Positions 37,802 through 47,035 of a DNA stretch of 64,000 bases are shown piece by piece. Source of the DNA: a virus. Its lineage: Duplodnaviria > Caudoviricetes. Every line of letters starts with the position of its first letter. Position 1 is the first letter of the stretch. The notes beneath the pieces were generated by a model, which saw nothing but the letters and a program-made list of their open reading frames with translations, had not been told where the DNA came from and searched no databases. The position numbers were made by a program, and so were the translations under genes. The stretch is from IMG/VR virus record IMGVR_UViG_2706795974_000001, positions 9,753 through 73,752 of that record; one strand, given 5' to 3'.

Positions 37802-38301
37802 GCGATCTTTCCATGCTTGAACGGTCGGCTCAGGTTGTACCTGAACTTGAAGATGAACGATTCGGCGAGTGAAGCGTGGACGCCGTTGCGCTGCAACTCC
37901 TCCGCGTTGTCACCTAGGCGAATGATCTCGTCGGCGAACTCTGCGAACACTCCCTCTGGCTTGCGGATGGAGCCGTCTTCGTTGTATGGGTCTGGGTGGT
38001 AGCCGCCCCCCTTCTTGTCGTTGAACCACAGCGGCGGCTCGTTGGCCCGCCAGGATTCGAAGGCCTCGCTGATCTCCGAGTGGAGCAGGGCGGTAATCTG
38101 CCCGAAGTTGCGGGCGCCTCCCTCCTCGTGGAAGCCGTGGGCCTCGGCGTTTGTCCAGCAGGCTGCCTGGATCAGGTCTAGCGCTTGTGCGATGAGGGTC
38201 TCGCCCTCGGTGGTGAGCTCACCAGTCTTGTGGTTGTACATGTGCTGGATGCTCGCACCTCCAATAAAGGGGGCTGCCTGCTGCTCTGATGGGTATGTCA
38301 T
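37798..38301 (-). CDS. MazG-like NTP pyrophosphohydrolase
   Basis: ALLHSEISEAFE...EFADEIIRLGD; ATG at 38301 with RBS AAGGAG. Confidence 0.75.
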   Translation of the reverse strand: MTYPSEQQAAPFIGGASIQHMYNHKTGELTTEGETLIAQALDLIQAACWTNAEAHGFHEEGGARNFGQITALLHSEISEAFESWRANEPPLWFNDKKGGGYHPDPYNEDGSIRKPEGVFAEFADEIIRLGDNAEELQRNGVHASLAESFIFKFRYNLSRPFKHGKIA

Positions 38302-38311
38302 TGTGCTCCTT

Positions 38312-38881
38312 CTAAGGTGTCCACACATTATCGGAGATGTTTCCACCGCCGAGTTCTCTGTTCAGCATAGTCTCCCATGCCTCCCGTCCCTCCGGCGAGA
38401 ACATTTCATCTGCTGGACAGATTGCAGTCTCTGCTGGAGAGAAGCCTTCGATGCTGTGGCGAATCTCGATCACCACGTAGGGAAGAGTTGATTGCCTTTG
38501 TGGGCCGATCAACCGCGCTAGGTTCTGGATTACCGCCCGGTCGTTGGGCAGGAACACACCCTGGAGCGCGTCCTCCGTTCCCTTTTGCATGTTGGTAACG
38601 TCGGCCCAATTTCGAGTTACAGTTTTCCCCTGCCGCGTCTTGTATTGAATGAGCTGGCGGCTGAATGTGTACCGAATCGAATAGTAAGGGCCAGGCAAGA
38701 TGGATGACCGCCCCTCGAGCTCGGCAACAAGCGCGTCCTGGTATTGCTTGAGCGTCTTGTTGGGCGAGACCTTGGGGAATGGCTTGCGGCCTGCGGTCAC
38801 AACGTAGATACTTCCCATAGCCCAGGGCTCAGGGTTGAGCGGAAGGGCTGCAGCCACGACGTTGGGGTACGGTTCAGACAC
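38312..38881 (-). CDS. rusA: RusA-like Holliday junction resolvase
   Basis: ADVTNMQKGTEDALQG...NDRAV matches RusA DxxN..K...D.L...D. Confidence 0.8.
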   Translation of the reverse strand: MSEPYPNVVAAALPLNPEPWAMGSIYVVTAGRKPFPKVSPNKTLKQYQDALVAELEGRSSILPGPYYSIRYTFSRQLIQYKTRQGKTVTRNWADVTNMQKGTEDALQGVFLPNDRAVIQNLARLIGPQRQSTLPYVVIEIRHSIEGFSPAETAICPADEMFSPEGREAWETMLNRELGGGNISDNVWTP

Positions 38882-39239
38882 GAGTATCTCCGTAGCTGGT
38901 GCGAATGAGGCGGTACGTTTCGCTGACCTCCCAGACCCGCATGTGCAGGAACTCTGCGATGTTCAGCTCCATCATAGCTCCGCGTGATCCGCGCCAGCCA
39001 GGCATGAGTACCAGGTCGGTACACTCCAGCAGGCCCTTGAGGTCCTCCCGAACGTAGACCTGGTAGGGCAGATCGCCAGGCTCGCCCGGCAAGGTGCGCG
39101 CAATCTCCGCCGGGCTGACAACCTCGTAGCCGAACTTGCGTAGCTCCCTGGCGAACAGGTCGAATCGCTCGAAGTTGTGCCCCTCGACGCCGGTCATTGG
39201 ACCCGCAAGGTAATACTTCTTGGGTAGCTCAATTGGCAT
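38874..39239 (-). CDS. DUF4406 / nucleoside-deoxyribosyltransferase-like protein
   Basis: YLAGPMTG...NF..F...SPAE...DL..LLEC...MPGWRGSRGA..E. Confidence 0.8.
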   Translation of the reverse strand: MPIELPKKYYLAGPMTGVEGHNFERFDLFARELRKFGYEVVSPAEIARTLPGEPGDLPYQVYVREDLKGLLECTDLVLMPGWRGSRGAMMELNIAEFLHMRVWEVSETYRLIRTSYGDTRV

Positions 39240-40372
39240 CAGGCACCTCGATCCTTTGGAATGTCAACGCGGGGCATGACTGCCGCCTCGAAGCCCTCGG
39301 CTGCGGTGAACTTCACCATCGAGGTGGTCTTGCTCGGGTTGTACATCATGGTGATGTCTTTGCCCGGGGCCTTGGTCATGACTTCAGTGAATGTTTCGAC
39401 CGAGAACAGGTACCTGACCATGTCATCATGCTCAGCTTCCGCGTGTAGCATGAGCGACTCCTCGATCTCCTCGGCAGAGTCGCGGTCCTTGATTGCCAGA
39501 GTCATCATGTCCCCGGCGATGTACAGGTCCAGGGCAATTTGTCGGTCTGACGAACCGATCTTCGACACCCTAGATAGTACACCCACGATAGTTTCCTTGT
39601 CAAACGAACACGAGGCTTCGTGCTCCTTCGACATCATTCTGTTCACCGGGTCAAACCGTTCTTCGAACAGTCCACATTTTATGTAGATGTCCTCGGTTGG
39701 GCTGATGATGAGGTTGTTCCCAAGTACGCCGACCTCGAGCTCTTCGATACTGCGGAGGATCGGGCCGATGATGCTGTAAGGCATCACCACATTGCTGCGC
39801 CCGTCAGCAAAGCTGTACTCGTTGGGCACACGAACAGCCAGCTTGCCGTTCGATGCGCAAAGGTATTCTTCGTCCATGTACACACCCGCCCTGGGCGGCA
39901 GCCCATCAGACGACACAGCCCAGCCGACCAGGTCGAGGCGCGACCCGAAGCCCTTCATCTGGAACATACCCTCGGGCTCGAACATGAACGACGCCTGATC
40001 GGGGTAGTCGCCACCTCGGATCAGAGGAGTGCTAGCCCTCATGCGACCGCTGGTGATGCGGAGCTTGCCGCCCTCGTCCTTGAACTTGCATGTACCGCTC
40101 ATCGGCAGGTTCGAGACGATACCGTGGGTCGAGGAGGAGGCGACGCGCCAGGTCGTGGGCTGGTCAACCTCCATGTCCTTCGGGTACAGGAACTCAGTGT
40201 AGAACAGCTCGCCGTTGGTGGTCCGCAGGATGACTGCCTCCTCCTCGGGGTCGAGGTCGAACACGAAGCCCTTGTACATATCCAGCTCGCGCCCGCGAGT
40301 AGGGGCAACGATGTTGGCACGCTTAATTGCGTCTGCCAGTGTTGCGTTGTTGAACTCTACAACAGTCGCCAC
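39239..40372 (-). CDS. dnaN: DNA polymerase III beta sliding clamp
   Basis: 377 aa, three-domain pattern; GGDYP, GVY, ASNGKLA, RFDPV and AVMP motifs. Confidence 0.82.
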   Translation of the reverse strand: MATVVEFNNATLADAIKRANIVAPTRGRELDMYKGFVFDLDPEEEAVILRTTNGELFYTEFLYPKDMEVDQPTTWRVASSSTHGIVSNLPMSGTCKFKDEGGKLRITSGRMRASTPLIRGGDYPDQASFMFEPEGMFQMKGFGSRLDLVGWAVSSDGLPPRAGVYMDEEYLCASNGKLAVRVPNEYSFADGRSNVVMPYSIIGPILRSIEELEVGVLGNNLIISPTEDIYIKCGLFEERFDPVNRMMSKEHEASCSFDKETIVGVLSRVSKIGSSDRQIALDLYIAGDMMTLAIKDRDSAEEIEESLMLHAEAEHDDMVRYLFSVETFTEVMTKAPGKDITMMYNPSKTTSMVKFTAAEGFEAAVMPRVDIPKDRGA

Positions 40373-40373
40373 A

Positions 40374-40571
40374 TCACGTCCTTACCGAAAGAGTAACTGT
40401 CACCTGATCCACGCCACCACGGTCGTCCTTGACCACGCTGACATTGAAGTCAATATCCTGATCCCCGTCGAGCCCTGCAATGAGTGACTCGAGGTGAGAA
40501 ACCTTGAGACCTCGGTACTGGGGATGCTTGTTGCTGAACTTGAGCTCCCTGCTGGAGCAGATCGCAGCCAT
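40374..40571 (-). CDS. Small hypothetical protein
   Basis: ATG at 40571 next to the exonuclease stop. Confidence 0.5.
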   Translation of the reverse strand: MAAICSSRELKFSNKHPQYRGLKVSHLESLIAGLDGDQDIDFNVSVVKDDRGGVDQVTVTLSVRT

Positions 40572-40573
40572 CG

Positions 40574-41200
40574 CTAAGCTCCCTGCAGGTCGGCGCAGGC
40601 TGCAGCCGGTCCGGTGACCCACTTGGCAATGCGACGCTCGAGGTCCACCGAGTGACGCAGGTCCTCGAGTGCGCGGTGGATCGGCGCATCCGGCGGACTG
40701 ACGTACTTACTCGGATCGTTGTCGATCTTATTCCACAGGTCGGGGCGGGTTGCCTTGAGCCGCTCCATGTCCGAGCTCGAGTCCACCACCCGGTAGTGGA
40801 AGTAGTCGTTGAGTTTCGGCATCTTCTGCTCGAGGAACTTGCGGTCGAAGTGAACCGAGCTTCCCCATACCGGCAGGCCCTTGATCTGGAAGTCCTTGAG
40901 ACGCCCGAGGATGCGGGCCTCGACTTCCTCGTAGGTGCTGGTGGCGGTGCCGCTGTCGATGAACTTGCGGAGCTTAGGGAACAACCCGTTCTTGTTGTGC
41001 ATTTCCCGCACCGGCTTGACAAAGCTGTCGTCATTCAGGCGCTGGACGATCTGCGGAGTGAAGACAAGACCAGCCAGGGTCTGACCCTCGACCTGTTCCC
41101 AGGTGTCTGTGTCCACCACCATGATGGCGAACTCGATGATCTCCTCGGTTACCGGGTTCAGGCCGGTGGTCTCGAGGTCGATAAACACTGCCTTGCTCAT
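40574..41200 (-). CDS. Oligoribonuclease-like DEDDh 3'-5' exonuclease
   Basis: FIDLETTGL.P..EEIIE, MHNKNGL, GSSVHFDRKFL...MP.L..YFHYR..D.SS and HRALED, as in Orn; ATGA-coupled start. Confidence 0.85.
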   Translation of the reverse strand: MSKAVFIDLETTGLNPVTEEIIEFAIMVVDTDTWEQVEGQTLAGLVFTPQIVQRLNDDSFVKPVREMHNKNGLFPKLRKFIDSGTATSTYEEVEARILGRLKDFQIKGLPVWGSSVHFDRKFLEQKMPKLNDYFHYRVVDSSSDMERLKATRPDLWNKIDNDPSKYVSPPDAPIHRALEDLRHSVDLERRIAKWVTGPAAACADLQGA

Positions 41201-41391
41201 CTGCTCTCCTTGTCCCTGCTGACGATGTAGTCGCGCACGTCCTGAAGTGGAATCAGATACCCCTTCCCTGGCCGGTGCGCGTTCGGAAACTTGCCCGCCT
41301 TCACCAGCTCGCGCACGTGTCCGGTCGTGACGTTGAGGATCGCCGCCACTTTCTTTGTGTCGAGCATGTCTCGCTCGGGTGCGACGTTCAC
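41197..41391 (-). CDS. Excisionase/MerR-like HTH DNA-binding protein
   Basis: MLDTKKVAAILNVTTGHVRELVKAGKFP...G.GYLIP. Confidence 0.85.
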   Translation of the reverse strand: MNVAPERDMLDTKKVAAILNVTTGHVRELVKAGKFPNAHRPGKGYLIPLQDVRDYIVSRDKESR

Positions 41392-41662
41392 TGTCCATCC
41401 TTTCGTAGTAAGCGTCTGTCTTGGTACTCTCGGTGCGCTCGACGAGCATGTACTTCCACAGAACCTCCGCGCACTGATCGCATATCTTCCTGGTTCTAGT
41501 AGAGGCTGGCGCGTTCCTGTAGTACCTGTCCCATTCGCACGAGTACTTGAAGTCCCACCGGCCCAGCTTCAACATCTTCACATCGAGGGGCACGATGTCG
41601 GCGTATTGGTCCTTTGGAAACTCGCACCCCCGCGTCTTCCAAGCGCAACCTTCAGCCCTCAT
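41388..41662 (-). CDS. Cys-rich protein whose frame has no stop before the exonuclease
   Basis: ATGA-coupled start at 41662, MRAEGCAWKTRGC...ICDQC; the end coordinate is nominal because the frame stays open to 40574. Confidence 0.5.
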
Positions 41663-41958
41663 GCCCCGAGATACACTTGCAACTTGATCGCGTTGAGGTC
41701 GTTGAGCACAGACTCGAGTGTTTCCACCCTCGCCTTGGCCTCGACATATCGAGCTTCGGGCACGACGACCGAACCGTTGTTGGCCTTCTTGCGGAGCAAG
41801 TCTTTGTGGTTCCGCTGCTCGTCGGCGAAGATGCGACGTGCATCTACCAACTGGGCTAGCAGTGTGAACTCGATCTTGTCGAGAACGCGCTGCGCCTTGC
41901 GAGACTTGAACCACCCGGTGAACAGAGGCTGGTGTGCCTCGTATTGCTCTTGCGTCAT
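41659..41958 (-). CDS. Hypothetical coiled-coil protein
   Basis: 99 aa, coupled on both sides. Confidence 0.65.
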   Translation of the reverse strand: MTQEQYEAHQPLFTGWFKSRKAQRVLDKIEFTLLAQLVDARRIFADEQRNHKDLLRKKANNGSVVVPEARYVEAKARVETLESVLNDLNAIKLQVYLGA

Positions 41959-43496
41959 AGCGTTCCCTCCAGTGCGGCGTTGAGCTTATCCATGAAGCTG
42001 CTTCCATCAGGACCCTTCGCCGAGCCGTTTCGGATGATCGTATCGAAGGAGTGTTCCTTGTCCTTGATGATCTGTTCGACACGATACTCCGCCGAGTTGC
42101 GGACCATGTAGTCGAAGACATGGATCGACTTGTGGCGCTCCGATCCGACACGACGCAGGCGTCCGACGCACTGGTCGTTGAGTCCGGGGCTAAACTCCTT
42201 GCCGATGAACTGTGCGTGATTCGCAGCAGTCATGTTCAGGCCCACGCCCATAGCCTTGATGATCCCGATGATGACTCCAGGCTCCTTGTCGGCTTCCCAC
42301 TCCTTGACGATGCCCTGTCGCTTGTCCTTGTCAACCCTGCCGTGAATCTCGTAGACCGGGGTGCCTGGCCGGGCAGCTTCGAGCCGACGCTTGTACGCTT
42401 CGAGCACCGGCGTGAACTGACTGAACACAATCAGCTTGTGGCCGTTGTCCAGAATCTCACAGGCGTCCTCGATGGCGAGGTCTAGCTTGGGGGACTCATC
42501 CCATTCCGGCACCAGCGTGCATGTCGAGGCGCAGATCTGACGAAGCCGCAGCTGTCGGACCATCGGCCACTCCAGCTTCTCGTCATCCTCCTCGGTCATG
42601 CCGGGAACGTACTTGGATAGCTTGTGCTCGGTGGCGAGGTAGTTGTACATCTCGCGGGGTCGGTCTACCAGAGACACCATGCGCTTAACGATCTGCACCT
42701 CGGGCAGGTCGATGACGTTGTCGATCTCACGACGCAGCATAACCTGGGACAGTCGAGCCTTGAGCTGCCGGTCGTTCTTGATGGACATGACTTGCTTGCC
42801 GTTGAACCCGCCGAGTACGCAATACTTCGCCTTGAATCCAGCGAACGTTCCCCATTCGCCGGGGGTCACCCAGTCGAGCAGGGTCCACAGGTCATCGACC
42901 TGGTTTGTCATTGGTGTGCCAGACATGGCGAGCCGACTGCGTGCAGCAATCTGGCTGATGTTCTTGTATGCGTTCGTCTCTTTGTTCTTGATGACGTGAG
43001 CTTCGTCGGCCACAAGGTAGTCGATGGTCATGGAGTTGAGCTGCTGGATGTGGTCACCCAGTGCCTCGTAGTTCAGGACCAGAATCTTGTGGTTGTCAAT
43101 CTTCTTGAACTCTTCGATCTGCTTGAAGCGGTCGATCATGTTGCCAGTCGCAACACAGTATGGGAGCTTGGTGAACTTGACGATCTCGTCCGCCCAGTTC
43201 ATGCGGAGGGATGCGGGGACCACCGCCACCATGATGCAGCGCTTCTCGGGATTCTTCTTTACCGAAGCCCAGATGCGGACGCCGAAGGTGAACAGCGCCT
43301 GAATGGTCTTGCCGAGTCCCATCTCGTCACCGAGGATCGCGCCCCGCTTGTCCTTCAGCCACTTCACGCCCTCCTCCTGGTAGGGCTTCAGCTCGATCTC
43401 GGGACGAATCCAGTAGTCGAGCGAGCCGCGCGAACGGGGCTTAGCTGGTACGAAGGATGCTGGGGACGAAGGGGGTGCGCTTGCCGGTGCGCTCAT
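41955..43496 (-). CDS. SNF2/SWI2-family helicase
   Basis: LKPYQEEG, ILGDEMGLGKT, DEAH, SGTPMTN, IVFSQF, GVGLNMT and QCVGRLRRVG; start uncertain (43496 preferred). Confidence 0.9.
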   Translation of the reverse strand: MSAPASAPPSSPASFVPAKPRSRGSLDYWIRPEIELKPYQEEGVKWLKDKRGAILGDEMGLGKTIQALFTFGVRIWASVKKNPEKRCIMVAVVPASLRMNWADEIVKFTKLPYCVATGNMIDRFKQIEEFKKIDNHKILVLNYEALGDHIQQLNSMTIDYLVADEAHVIKNKETNAYKNISQIAARSRLAMSGTPMTNQVDDLWTLLDWVTPGEWGTFAGFKAKYCVLGGFNGKQVMSIKNDRQLKARLSQVMLRREIDNVIDLPEVQIVKRMVSLVDRPREMYNYLATEHKLSKYVPGMTEEDDEKLEWPMVRQLRLRQICASTCTLVPEWDESPKLDLAIEDACEILDNGHKLIVFSQFTPVLEAYKRRLEAARPGTPVYEIHGRVDKDKRQGIVKEWEADKEPGVIIGIIKAMGVGLNMTAANHAQFIGKEFSPGLNDQCVGRLRRVGSERHKSIHVFDYMVRNSAEYRVEQIIKDKEHSFDTIIRNGSAKGPDGSSFMDKLNAALEGTL

Positions 43497-43722
43497 CAAG
43501 TAGCTCCCACTGGATCGGTTCGTAACTTCCTTCTTCGTTTCTGCCCTCGAGGAACTCGACAGGATAGCCGGGGAAATGTCGCTCAACCCAGTCGATGTAC
43601 GCCAGAGCCTCGGCGACAGAGGAGGGGACTGAGGTACTCCAGACCTCGAACAGGTCTCCTTCTCGGTAACGGTAACCTCGGAAGACTCGGTCCGCTTCTT
43701 GATTAGTTGGAACACGCCTCAC
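43441..43722 (-). CDS. Hypothetical protein
   Basis: GTGA overlap with the upstream stop; protein-like composition. Confidence 0.5.
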   Translation of the reverse strand: MRRVPTNQEADRVFRGYRYREGDLFEVWSTSVPSSVAEALAYIDWVERHFPGYPVEFLEGRNEEGSYEPIQWELLDERTGKRTPFVPSILRTS

Positions 43723-44009
43723 CCCCACTTCGTTTTGTGAAAACAACCGACGCACCCTCCATCTCGATCCAACGTATTGACTGCTTCTTCGAGACTGACG
43801 AAGTCGATGCCGCACCCTCGACAGGTGTGAGTGTCGGATCGAATGCCAGTCTTTTCCAGGTTGTACTGCCTGCGCTTGCTCTCCCGCTCGGCCTCCGTCC
43901 AGGCGGTGACGGCGGTTGTCTCTAGTAACTTCCGCAATGAATCGCGCTGCTCCTCGTTGAGCTGGTCAACGAAGTTCTTGAACCGCTCTTCTAGGCTTTC
44001 CGATGCCAT
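43719..44009 (-). CDS. Small protein with C-terminal CxxC/CxxC zinc finger
   Basis: CRGC...CVGC; RBS GGAGG. Confidence 0.65.
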   Translation of the reverse strand: MASESLEERFKNFVDQLNEEQRDSLRKLLETTAVTAWTEAERESKRRQYNLEKTGIRSDTHTCRGCGIDFVSLEEAVNTLDRDGGCVGCFHKTKWG

Positions 44010-44033
44010 TGTTTCCTCCGTCCTGTGGGCACT

Positions 44034-44075
44034 ATGAAAAGGGAACCGCCGCCAAAGTGACGGTTCCCTTTTCAT
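44034..44075. terminator. Bidirectional intrinsic terminator
   Basis: ATGAAAAGGGAACCG / CGGTTCCCTTTTCAT, with A- and T-tracts on both sides, downstream of the SSB-like gene. Confidence 0.75.
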
Positions 44076-44125
44076 CCTATCCTACTGATCAGCGAGTGAT
44101 CGGCACTCTAGCAGGGGAAGCCTGA

Positions 44126-45190
44126 TCAGAAGGGAGGCTCCTCATCTTCGTCGATCTGCACCGTGCCCGCTGCGGGAGCGGTGTCGGTGACCGGGGGACG
44201 AACCTTGCCCTTGGTGGAGATGACTACGTCCTCTGACTCCGGCTGCGGCTGCGGGCGAGCAGACTCGGGCTTGGGCTGCGGACGAGCGGGCTCTGGCTTG
44301 GGCTGCGGGGTTGCCGCAACCTCTTCGACCTCGGCGTCGATCACGTTGTTCTGGATGTCTCCATCGGGAACTGTGGCAGCTTCGGCCTCGGCGTCGTCAT
44401 CGACACGCGGCATCGGGTACTGCAGGAGGTAAGCCTGCGCCGACTTGAATGAATCGAAGTAGTCCTTGTAGGACTCGGGCGAGGTCTTGGCAACCTTGGT
44501 GAACACCGGGGTGCAGAACTTGACCATGCCGCGCTTGTTCACGTCGAGCGTGAGCTTGGTTGCGACCGTGAAGATCGGGGTCTTCTTGGCCGCGAACGGC
44601 GTGACGTAGGAGCGAGCGTTCTTGATACCCGACCGGCGAATGGTGAACAGTGCCGGGAACCAGGCATCAGCATCCTCGGGGTCCTGGTAGAGCAGCGGGA
44701 AGGTCCACTCCTCGGAGCACCAGGGCTTCTTGCCGGACGGGTCGGTGTTCCACTCCTTGAAGTGGCAGTCACCACAGCCGATGCTGGGCATCGTGAGCAG
44801 GTTACCCTCGGGTCCGACCTGCAACGGCTTGGCATCTGCCGGAGTGTACACGTCCTGGGCGGCCCATGGGAACTGCTTGGACTCGGGAAGCTCCGGGTCC
44901 ATGTTGGGGAAACCGTTGCGGAAGTCGGGAGACTTGCACAGCGGCGGGTCTCCGTCGGGTCCGTCCGACATCTCGCCCCACATGATGCGCGACTTGTGAA
45001 GGCCGAGCAGGATGACGGTCAGCTCGGAGAACAGTTCCTCCGTCTGACTGTTCTTGAATGCCGCCTCGGGATGGTCGATCGAGAGGCGGGGCATCGTCAG
45101 GTCGCGGGTGTCGAAGTCCTCGAGGCCGGTCTCCCCGCCCCACTCGACAACGTCAGTACCCGTGGTCTGACTGGGCTGCAAAGAAGTCAT
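44126..45190 (-). CDS. Putative ssDNA-binding/replication accessory protein
   Basis: DLTMPRLSI.H...ELTVILLG..KSR..W OB-like core, Pro-rich linker and acidic tail ending EEPPF. Confidence 0.55.
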   Translation of the reverse strand: MTSLQPSQTTGTDVVEWGGETGLEDFDTRDLTMPRLSIDHPEAAFKNSQTEELFSELTVILLGLHKSRIMWGEMSDGPDGDPPLCKSPDFRNGFPNMDPELPESKQFPWAAQDVYTPADAKPLQVGPEGNLLTMPSIGCGDCHFKEWNTDPSGKKPWCSEEWTFPLLYQDPEDADAWFPALFTIRRSGIKNARSYVTPFAAKKTPIFTVATKLTLDVNKRGMVKFCTPVFTKVAKTSPESYKDYFDSFKSAQAYLLQYPMPRVDDDAEAEAATVPDGDIQNNVIDAEVEEVAATPQPKPEPARPQPKPESARPQPQPESEDVVISTKGKVRPPVTDTAPAAGTVQIDEDEEPPF

Positions 45191-45269
45191 GCGATGATCT
45201 CTTTTCTTGTTGGCTTACTGGTTCATATGTTTCGCGGTGTTTCGTGACGGTATCCCTACCGACCTGTTT

Positions 45270-45298
45270 ATATTACTACATATTGGGTGGTTTGTCAA
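45270..45298 (-). promoter_or_regulatory. SigA-type leftward promoter
   Basis: TTGACA-N17-TAATAT. Confidence 0.75.
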
Positions 45299-45618
45299 CC
45301 GAAACTTTGCGGACGTTTCTTTGCCATCAATCGGCTGTTCACCTTTTCTGAATATCTGATCCCCTTATGCTTAAGCCAGAGCTTGAAGTCCGTTTCGGCT
45401 ACGCGCCAGATGGGCTTCTGATCCGGGGCGGCGATGTTGATTGCCCTCAATCGGTTCTTCATCGAGCCGACTGAACGGCCCGCAAGGAACAGCACTCGCT
45501 CCTCGAGGTACTCGGTCGAACAGTCGAGCATGAGCCCGACCTGCTGAATGGTATAGAAGAACTCACGCGCCGGGAAGTGAACCTCCGACGTCATAACGTC
45601 TTCGTCGAAGGAGCTCAT
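45295..45618 (-). CDS. Winged-helix/excisionase-like DNA-binding protein
   Basis: FYTIQQVGLMLDCSTEYL...WRVAETDFKLWL. Confidence 0.6.
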   Translation of the reverse strand: MSSFDEDVMTSEVHFPAREFFYTIQQVGLMLDCSTEYLEERVLFLAGRSVGSMKNRLRAINIAAPDQKPIWRVAETDFKLWLKHKGIRYSEKVNSRLMAKKRPQSFG

Positions 45619-45974
45619 ACCGGAGTGATGGCGGACTGGTCGGCAGTGCGGATTGGCTTCCAGTGCCGACTGCAAACTTCCTCCATGTTCACGCCAGCTC
45701 GGGTGACCCCGAACATCAGTGCGTTGCAGTAGTTGTACACCTGCTCCGCCGCCCAGGGGTTGAGGAGCAGTGCGTACGCTCCGCCGTTGCCCTCGGGGGT
45801 ACGGCGCTTCATGCTCTCCTGCTGGAGCTGGAGCATCATAGTGCGGATGCTCTGAGGTGCGGCGATGCTGACGCTGTGATCTTCAAAGCGCACGTACACG
45901 TACCGGCAGTCGCCGAAGATTTCGGTGCCGGTCCAGACGACATTCTCGGGTGCCTGTGGGATGGTGATGCTCAC
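45615..45974 (-). CDS. Hypothetical protein
   Basis: GTG with RBS GAGG; coupled. Confidence 0.55.
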   Translation of the reverse strand: MSITIPQAPENVVWTGTEIFGDCRYVYVRFEDHSVSIAAPQSIRTMMLQLQQESMKRRTPEGNGGAYALLLNPWAAEQVYNYCNALMFGVTRAGVNMEEVCSRHWKPIRTADQSAITPV

Positions 45975-45976
45975 GG

Positions 45977-46273
45977 TTACCTCGCTTTCTGATATGCAGA
46001 GTACGCTTCGTGTGGTCGTGCGGCGAACAGTATCGAGCGTACTTCCTGTGTCTGTCGATCCCTTTCGATGATCGTCCAGTAAAAGATTTCCTTGCTGCTT
46101 ACGAACAACCTGCACACCGACTCGATGCAGTGGCGTGGGGTGTACTCTCCCCAGCCCCTGCCGACTGGGTCACCTTCGCTGTCGTGCACTGACCAGTACC
46201 AGTGGCTAGCCTTCTCGCCGGCGGTGGTTGAGGACCCCGGCTTGATCTTGATGTGCCGGTAACGAGTGGTCAA
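45977..46273 (-). CDS. DUF1508/YegP-like small protein
   Basis: HWYWSVHDSEG..VGRGWGEY..R.C.ESV. Confidence 0.45.
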   Translation of the reverse strand: MTTRYRHIKIKPGSSTTAGEKASHWYWSVHDSEGDPVGRGWGEYTPRHCIESVCRLFVSSKEIFYWTIIERDRQTQEVRSILFAARPHEAYSAYQKAR

Positions 46274-46398
46274 CGCCCAGTCCGCTTCCTCTTCTTGCGG
46301 GCCTTCTCCTTCTTCTTGAAGAAGCGTTCAGCTTTGGCCTGCGCCTTGCGATCCTCCTTCTCTACACGAGCTATGTAGTCGTCGAAGCTGTCCTTCAT
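46270..46398 (-). CDS. Small very basic protein (42 aa)
   Basis: MKDSFDDYIARVEKEDRKAQ...KKRKRTGR; TGA overlaps the next TTG. Confidence 0.55.
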   Translation of the reverse strand: MKDSFDDYIARVEKEDRKAQAKAERFFKKKEKARKKRKRTGR

Positions 46399-47024
46399 CA
46401 CTTACCTTTCGCACGGCGACGGCAGGCCTCGAGCCCGTCGCGCATTCCCTCGACAGTCAGGTGCTGGAAGTACAGGGGCTTGCGATGAATCTTCGCGTAA
46501 CCGATCCGCTCCCAGCGGTTGAACACAGCGCCAATGGCTCCGGTGCTCGGGGGATTGTCTGGGTCGATCTGCTGGGCAATGAACTGTGGTGTGAGGAACT
46601 CGTCGAACTCGCCCATCATGCCTTGGTGGCACACGCGCTGGACCTCTGCTTCGAGTTGTCCCCGCCGCCGCTGGCCGGTGGGCGTTGCGGTGTAGGTGGG
46701 TGCCAATTCCACTAGCCCAGGAGCAATTTCGCTCGGACGTTCCCGTACCACGGTGGTAGTGGTGACCCCCGACAATGGAGCACCGTCAAGTTCTTCTGTG
46801 GGTTGTAGGTATTCCGACAGATCTGGGTACACTGCCGGAATGTAGTTTGGGTTCTGGTGCAGCCTCCGCTCGGCACCTGCCGCCTCGTACATCTTGTTGA
46901 ACTTGGTGTGGCAACTGCACTGGCAGACATCCAATAATGTACACACCTTCATCGGCTTGCCAGACGGGCTGACCGGAGCAGTCCCTTCGCAATGGCCGAT
47001 GCCACAGAACCCCGTCTTGTACAT
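46398..47024 (-). CDS. Cys-rich N-terminus plus winged-helix domain protein
   Basis: C..GHC...C...CQCSCH; FLTPQFIA...PSTGAIGAVFNRW. Confidence 0.6.
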   Translation of the reverse strand: MYKTGFCGIGHCEGTAPVSPSGKPMKVCTLLDVCQCSCHTKFNKMYEAAGAERRLHQNPNYIPAVYPDLSEYLQPTEELDGAPLSGVTTTTVVRERPSEIAPGLVELAPTYTATPTGQRRRGQLEAEVQRVCHQGMMGEFDEFLTPQFIAQQIDPDNPPSTGAIGAVFNRWERIGYAKIHRKPLYFQHLTVEGMRDGLEACRRRAKGK

Positions 47025-47035
47025 GTTATCTCCCT

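Noticed and set aside
40574-42151. Single 525-aa gene as in the ORF track
   Set aside because: The 5' part overlaps the helicase and the 99-aa gene out of frame; coupled starts at 41662 and 41200 are better supported.
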